Positions 59,184 to 64,000 of a DNA stretch of 64,000 bases are shown one piece after another. The notes below the pieces were generated by a model. That model saw only the letters and a list, made by a program, of their open reading frames with translations, had not been told where the DNA came from and searched no databases. Origin of the DNA: an uncultured Alphaproteobacteria bacterium (GTDB lineage: Bacteria > Pseudomonadota > Alphaproteobacteria > Rs-D84); assembly GCA_944392815.1 (NCBI GenBank), contig CALXXY010000003.1, positions 1 to 64,000 of the forward strand. Reading direction: 5' to 3'. Every line of letters begins with the position of its first letter. Positions within the stretch are counted from its first letter, which is position 1. Both the position numbers and the translations under genes were made by a program.

Positions 59184-59657
59184 ATGGCAGCAACAAAATC
59201 GTTAAAACGTTGTGAATTGGACGCCAAATGGTATCTGATTGACGCAACCGATTGCACGCTGGGGCGTTTGGCGGCATACACCGCGAACATTCTGCGTGGT
59301 AAAACCAAGCCGACATGGACACCCAACATGGATTGTGGCGATCATGTTATCATTATCAATGCGGACAAAGTTGCCCTGTCTGGGAAAAAGGCCGAAAAAA
59401 CAAAATTCTTTTGGCATTCCCTGTGGACCGGCAGCACCAAGGAACGCACCCTGGGCCAGATGCGCAGCGAAAAACCAGAAAAATTGGTATACAACGCTGT
59501 AAAGCGCATGATGGGCCGTCGCACAGCCGTTGCATTGGCGAACAAACGTTTGACCAAACTGCACGTATATGCTGGTGCGGAACACAAACATGCCGCGCAA
59601 AACCCAATTGTTATCAATTTTGCCGAATTGAATCGTAAAAATAAAAGGGGCGAATAA
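59184..59657 (+). CDS. rplM: 50S ribosomal protein L13
   Basis: [35 protein letters not shown]. Confidence 0.97.
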   Translation: MAATKSLKRCELDAKWYLIDATDCTLGRLAAYTANILRGKTKPTWTPNMDCGDHVIIINADKVALSGKKAEKTKFFWHSLWTGSTKERTLGQMRSEKPEKLVYNAVKRMMGRRTAVALANKRLTKLHVYAGAEHKHAAQNPIVINFAELNRKNKRGE

Positions 59658-60157
59658 TGACAGAAGCAAAAAAAACTGCGACCAAGGCAGCAACAAAAAC
59701 TACCAAGAAAGCCGCCCCGGTCAAAGCGACAGCCGCCGCAAAAAAAACAGCCGTGGCCGACGTTAAATTAACAAACGCGACATACGCCACCGGCAAACGC
59801 AAGGATTCTGTCGCACGTGTATACCTGATTCCGGGCAAGGGTCAGATTATCGTCAACAACATTCCGATGACAGAATATTTCCGTCGTCCTGTGTTGCAAA
59901 TGATTATCGCCCAGCCATTCGGCATCACAAAACGCGAAACGGCATACGACGTACACGCCATTGTTATGGGTGGCGGTCTGTCGGGCCAGGCGGGCGCCGT
60001 TAAACACGGTATTTCCAAAGCATTGGAAAAAATCGAACCAGATTTGCGTAAAACACTGAAATCCGCAGGTTTCCTGACCCGCGACAGCCGTGTTGTTGAA
60101 CGTAAACACTTTGGTCGTCACAAAGCGCGTCGTTCCACACAGTTCAGCAAACGTTAA
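59657..60157 (+). CDS. rpsI: 30S ribosomal protein S9
   Basis: [37 protein letters not shown]. Confidence 0.98.
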   Translation: MTEAKKTATKAATKTTKKAAPVKATAAAKKTAVADVKLTNATYATGKRKDSVARVYLIPGKGQIIVNNIPMTEYFRRPVLQMIIAQPFGITKRETAYDVHAIVMGGGLSGQAGAVKHGISKALEKIEPDLRKTLKSAGFLTRDSRVVERKHFGRHKARRSTQFSKR

Positions 60158-60172
60158 TCTGTGTATTTATAC

Positions 60173-60199
60173 AAAATCCGCCGTTTGGCGGATTTTTTT
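60173..60199 (+). terminator. Intrinsic terminator
   Basis: AAAATCCGCC-GTTT-GGCGGATTTTTTT. Confidence 0.85.
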
Positions 60200-60281
60200 G
60201 TTATATTAAAAAAGTGTATTGCGTTTATAAAAAAACTGTGTATAATCATTCGGCAATTCATTATTTAATGGGGAAAATACT

Positions 60282-61577
60282 ATGTTCAAGAAAGAAAAAA
60301 TCAAAGATTTACACTATTCTGTAAATGGCGTCATCACCGCAGATGAACTGCAAAACGCGGCCGACGAAATTTTAACCGAATACGGGAAAAAGGCAAAAAT
60401 GCCGGGATTCCGTCCGGGTCACATTCCATTATCCATTTTACGCCAAAAATACAATGCCTCTGCCATGTCCGAGGCCATCGACAAATTAATGAACCGTGAT
60501 TTAAACGAATACGTCGCAGACAAAAAAATCCGTTTGGCGGGTTCACCACGTGCCGATTTGGCAAAATGGGAAATGGGCCAGGACGCAGAATACACATTGG
60601 AATTCGACATTCTGCCGACTTTGCCGGCGATTGATTTGGAAAAATTCACAGTGACGAAAAAAACGACCACCCTGGACGAGGCCGAAGTTGAAAAATCACT
60701 GGAAAATATCCGCAAATCCCGCAGCATCGCAGAAAAACAACCGGACGATTATGTCGCGCAAAACGGTGACACAGCCGTCATCGATTTTCGTGGGTTCATC
60801 GACAACGAAGAATTCGCCGGTGGCGCCGCAGAAAAGCATCACCTGGTGTTGGGTTCTGGCGCATTTATCCCTGGATTCGAAGATCAGGTTATCGGCCACA
60901 AATCCGGCGATGAATTTGATGTAAATGTCAAATTCCCGTCCGATTATCACGCAGAAAACCTGGCCGGCAAAGACGCACGTTTCGCGGTCAAGGTTCACGA
61001 AGTTCGCAAACACCAATTGCCTGAATTAAATGACGAATTGGCAAAATCCGTTGGCCATGAATCTGTGGACAAATTGCGCGAACACATTCGCACCATTTTA
61101 ACCGAACAATATGACGAGGCCGCCAAACGCGACATGCGCAACGAATTGTTGGACATTTTGGCCGACAAAGTAAAACTGGATTTACCAGAAAACTTGGTTG
61201 ACCAGGAATACAACATGGCTAAACAGGAATACGAACGCGCGGCCAAAAACGGCAGCACCGAAAAATGGGACGAAAAACAGGAACGCCGTGACGCCGAACG
61301 CCGTGTGAAATTGGGGCTGATTTTGGCGGAATGGGGCACCCAGAACAAAGTAGAGGTCACCCGTGACGATTTGCAACAGGCCGTCTGGGCCGAAGCCGCC
61401 CGTTATCCTGATCCGAAACAGGTATTTGAATTTTACAACAAAAATCAAAACGCTTTGGCAATGCTGCGCGGCATGATTTTTGAACGCAAGGCATTGGACG
61501 CAATGTTAACCCATGTCAAGACCAAGGAAAAATCCGTGAAACCATCGGAATTGTTCCAACAGTCCGACGTTCGTTAA
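60282..61577 (+). CDS. tig: Trigger factor
   Basis: PGFRPGHIP signature, FKBP domain FIPGFEDQ, FPSDYHA, RRVKLGL. Confidence 0.96.
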   Translation: MFKKEKIKDLHYSVNGVITADELQNAADEILTEYGKKAKMPGFRPGHIPLSILRQKYNASAMSEAIDKLMNRDLNEYVADKKIRLAGSPRADLAKWEMGQDAEYTLEFDILPTLPAIDLEKFTVTKKTTTLDEAEVEKSLENIRKSRSIAEKQPDDYVAQNGDTAVIDFRGFIDNEEFAGGAAEKHHLVLGSGAFIPGFEDQVIGHKSGDEFDVNVKFPSDYHAENLAGKDARFAVKVHEVRKHQLPELNDELAKSVGHESVDKLREHIRTILTEQYDEAAKRDMRNELLDILADKVKLDLPENLVDQEYNMAKQEYERAAKNGSTEKWDEKQERRDAERRVKLGLILAEWGTQNKVEVTRDDLQQAVWAEAARYPDPKQVFEFYNKNQNALAMLRGMIFERKALDAMLTHVKTKEKSVKPSELFQQSDVR

Positions 61578-61634
61578 TTAACCGTAAAAACGCGTGCTGT
61601 TGCGCGCGTTTTTTAATACCACAGGACGATTTAC

Positions 61635-62591
61635 ATGAAAGCATATTTGGATATTTTGGACAACATCATGACCAACGGCCATGATTTACGCATGAACAGA
61701 ACAGGCATTCCAGATATTGGACTGTCTGCGGGCGCAGTATTTGAACACGACATGTCAACAGGGTTCCCATTGGTGACAACCAAAAAAATGGGATTAAAAA
61801 ACATCGCCACCGAATTGGAATTTTTCCTGCGCGGAATCACCGACAAAAAATGGTTGCAGGACAGAAAATGCCACATCTGGGACGAATGGGCAAACCCGGT
61901 CAAGGTCGAGCAAACATACAACATCGCCACCAGTCACCACCCAGAATTATCCGACACAGAACGCACACAACTGCGTAATTCTATTATGGACATGGAACGC
62001 GATTTGGGGCCAATTTACGGATTCCAGTGGCGTCATTTTGGCGGCGAATACCAATGGAACGCAAACCGCATAAACGCAAATCCTATGGACAATTTTGACC
62101 CGAAAAACCCAGGCATAGACCAGGTACAAAATGCCATCGACAAATTGAAAAATAATCCAAATGACCGCAGAATTTTGGTCAGCGCATGGAATCCTGTTGC
62201 CATTCCGCAAATGGCACTGCCGCCATGCCACGTCATGCACCAACTGGTCGTGCGCGATGGAAAATTATCCCTGATATGGACCCAGCGTTCATGCGATATG
62301 TTCCTGGGGGTGCCGTATAACATCGCCAGTTATGCGTTGTTGTTATTGCTGTACGCCAAAGAATCGGGGCTGACCCCTGGCACGTTAAAGGGCGAATTAC
62401 ACGACGCGCACATATACAAAAATCATATTCCCCAGGTTCGTGAACAATTAAAGCGCACCCCATACCCGTTGCCGACGGTTGAAATTCCAAATGAAAATTG
62501 GCGCGGAATGTTGAATTGGTCGGCAAACGGCGGATTCACGTTAAAAGATTACATTTGTCACGAAAAATTACGTGGCGACGTTGCGCGATAA
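61635..62591 (+). CDS. thyA: Thymidylate synthase
   Basis: RTG, FPLVTTKK, IWDEWA, LGPIYGFQWR, MALPPCH, QRSCDMFLGVPYNIASY. Confidence 0.97.
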   Translation: MKAYLDILDNIMTNGHDLRMNRTGIPDIGLSAGAVFEHDMSTGFPLVTTKKMGLKNIATELEFFLRGITDKKWLQDRKCHIWDEWANPVKVEQTYNIATSHHPELSDTERTQLRNSIMDMERDLGPIYGFQWRHFGGEYQWNANRINANPMDNFDPKNPGIDQVQNAIDKLKNNPNDRRILVSAWNPVAIPQMALPPCHVMHQLVVRDGKLSLIWTQRSCDMFLGVPYNIASYALLLLLYAKESGLTPGTLKGELHDAHIYKNHIPQVREQLKRTPYPLPTVEIPNENWRGMLNWSANGGFTLKDYICHEKLRGDVAR

Positions 62592-62666
62592 AAAACATTG
62601 ACATATGTCCCCACAGTGCTATAAAAATATGCGGTAAAAATTTTATTAACACTGGGGGTGACATAT

Positions 62667-63152
62667 ATGGAAACCAAATTAATGCCTATATTCGCATTGC
62701 GTGCCATGTTGCTGCAACAGGTCAGCCCACAATGTTTTGCGCGCAATCACGATTTAATCACACGCACATCTCTGGCGGCCCAGGACTATGTTCGTTCGGG
62801 TAAATTTTACGAATACGATCGTCGCACAGGCCACGCATTCAAACAATTACCGGGCTATATTGCCGTACATAAACGTTATAACATACCATATAATCCAACG
62901 TCGTCCCAATTGGGGCTGTCCACTGTTAACCCAGGCCTGGTTATGGATTTGGCATGGGCATTGAATTCAGACATGTTGGCAAACATAGTTGACCACAACG
63001 GCAACATAATTGCCCCCGACCGCCTGTTTTCATCAGAAGTCCTGCGTGTATATCACAATTCAAACGCATATGGCGTGCCAATTGACGCATTCAACGCGAT
63101 TCAGCGTCCCCAACGCACCGCCATGTTGTCGAAATTGCAACGCACAAAATAA
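62667..63152 (+). CDS. Hypothetical protein
   Basis: Own promoter (TTGACA...TATAAA), GGGGG RBS and terminator. Confidence 0.65.
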   Translation: METKLMPIFALRAMLLQQVSPQCFARNHDLITRTSLAAQDYVRSGKFYEYDRRTGHAFKQLPGYIAVHKRYNIPYNPTSSQLGLSTVNPGLVMDLAWALNSDMLANIVDHNGNIIAPDRLFSSEVLRVYHNSNAYGVPIDAFNAIQRPQRTAMLSKLQRTK

Positions 63153-63179
63153 AAAAATCCGGCCCCGCCGGATTTTTTT
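63151..63179 (+). terminator. Intrinsic terminator
   Basis: AAAAAAATCCGGC-CCC-GCCGGATTTTTTT. Confidence 0.85.
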
Positions 63180-63239
63180 ATTCACCTGTTGAAAAATTCA
63201 CCAAAACACGATACAGTACTCTCGCAAGGGGGCAAACAC

Positions 63240-63698
63240 ATGAAAAAATTTTTATTTGTATGCCTGGCGGCGGTGGTATTGACCGCATGCGGGGCAAATT
63301 TAAACAACGACAGATACGAAACATCTGGCACGGGTCACGTTAACACCGTGTCCCAGGGCGTAATCATAAACGCCCGCCCGGTCACCATCGCCACCGAAAA
63401 TGGCGAAGTGGGACAACTGGCCGGTGGCATAGTCGGCGGCGTTGCCGGCAGTATGGTCAGCGACAACACCCTGGCACAAACAATCGGCGCGGTTGGCGGG
63501 GCTGTTTTGGGCGGATACCTGGGCGGCAAAGCGCAACAGGGTCTGTCCACCCAGGGCGGCATGGAATACATAGTCAAACTGGATTCCGGCAAATCCATCA
63601 CATTAACCCAGGGTGACGACGAAATATTTTCGGTCGGTCAACATGTATACGTTTTGGACGCGGACTATGACGAACGCGCCCGCATAATTGCACAGTAA
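63240..63698 (+). CDS. SlyB-like glycine-zipper outer-membrane lipoprotein
   Basis: VLTAC lipobox, GGIVGGVAG...GGAVLGGYLG zipper, GMEYIVKLDSG. Confidence 0.85.
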   Translation: MKKFLFVCLAAVVLTACGANLNNDRYETSGTGHVNTVSQGVIINARPVTIATENGEVGQLAGGIVGGVAGSMVSDNTLAQTIGAVGGAVLGGYLGGKAQQGLSTQGGMEYIVKLDSGKSITLTQGDDEIFSVGQHVYVLDADYDERARIIAQ

Positions 63699-63760
63699 AA
63701 AATGGTGCCACGGCACCATTTTTTATAATTGCTTGCTTTTTCTAAATTTTTCATCTATAA

Positions 63761-63847
63761 TGGCCGCAGTTTCGCGGGTGGGCGCGGAACTGGTCCGATT
63801 AACCCCACAAGTCCTCGCATTTTTTCTATAACACATGCGACGGCCAA
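63761..63847 (+). promoter_or_regulatory. Structured rpsA 5' leader
   Basis: TTGCTT...TATAAT promoter; TGGCCG...CGGCCA inverted pair; internal TCGCAT/ATGCGA and GGGT/ACCC stems. Confidence 0.5.
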
Positions 63848-63865
63848 CTTTGTATGAACTTTTTT

Positions 63866-64000
63866 ATGAAAGATTTATCCAAAGATTTATTTAATCCATT
63901 ATCCGGCGAAGATTTCGTCCAAATGTTTGATAAAAACTATGGTTCCCAGGAGACTTTGCAGGGTTATGCAACCAAGGGCACAGTCAAAGACATTCGCGGT
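63866..64000 (+). CDS. rpsA: 30S ribosomal protein S1, N-terminal part (runs off the window)
   Basis: MKDLSKDLFNPLSGEDFVQMFDKNYG...LQGYATKGTVKDI resembles the S1 N-terminus. Confidence 0.75.
   Translation, partial: MKDLSKDLFNPLSGEDFVQMFDKNYGSQETLQGYATKGTVKDIRG

Overview
Gene-dense chromosomal segment of a small-genome alphaproteobacterium. A permuted two-piece tmRNA, DUF1013/TrcR, DUF2155, a TipN-like protein and ybgC-tolQRA support the class. Rubrerythrin, a Firmicute-like GDH and a GT6 enzyme suggest an anaerobic gut lineage, possibly Rs-D84/'Ca. Enterousia' (inference). Most of the window is housekeeping: translation (prfB with programmed frameshift, cysS, argS, tsaB/tsaD, rimI, rpsP-rimM-trmD-rplS, rplM-rpsI, tig, rpsA), rpoD, DNA repair (Pif1-like helicase, addA, recN, xseA, ruvB), envelope genes and five tRNAs. 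I saw no CRISPR array, integrase, transposase or intact prophage. The most notable observations are: (1) a ~170-nt multibranch RNA leader with mutually exclusive terminator/antiterminator pairing upstream of an outer-membrane beta-barrel gene; (2) a composite palindrome/heptamer repeat at two loci, each beside a start-less fragment of a Cys-containing surface-protein-like gene; (3) two tRNA-linked tandem repeats that regenerate CCA-ending tRNA-like units; (4) a primary sigma factor with an altered W-dyad; (5) a Lon lacking its protease domain, a split AddA, an AccD-AccA fusion and several apparent pseudoenzymes; (6) several apparently leaderless genes. All calls come from reading the sequence by eye; no searches or folding programs were run.
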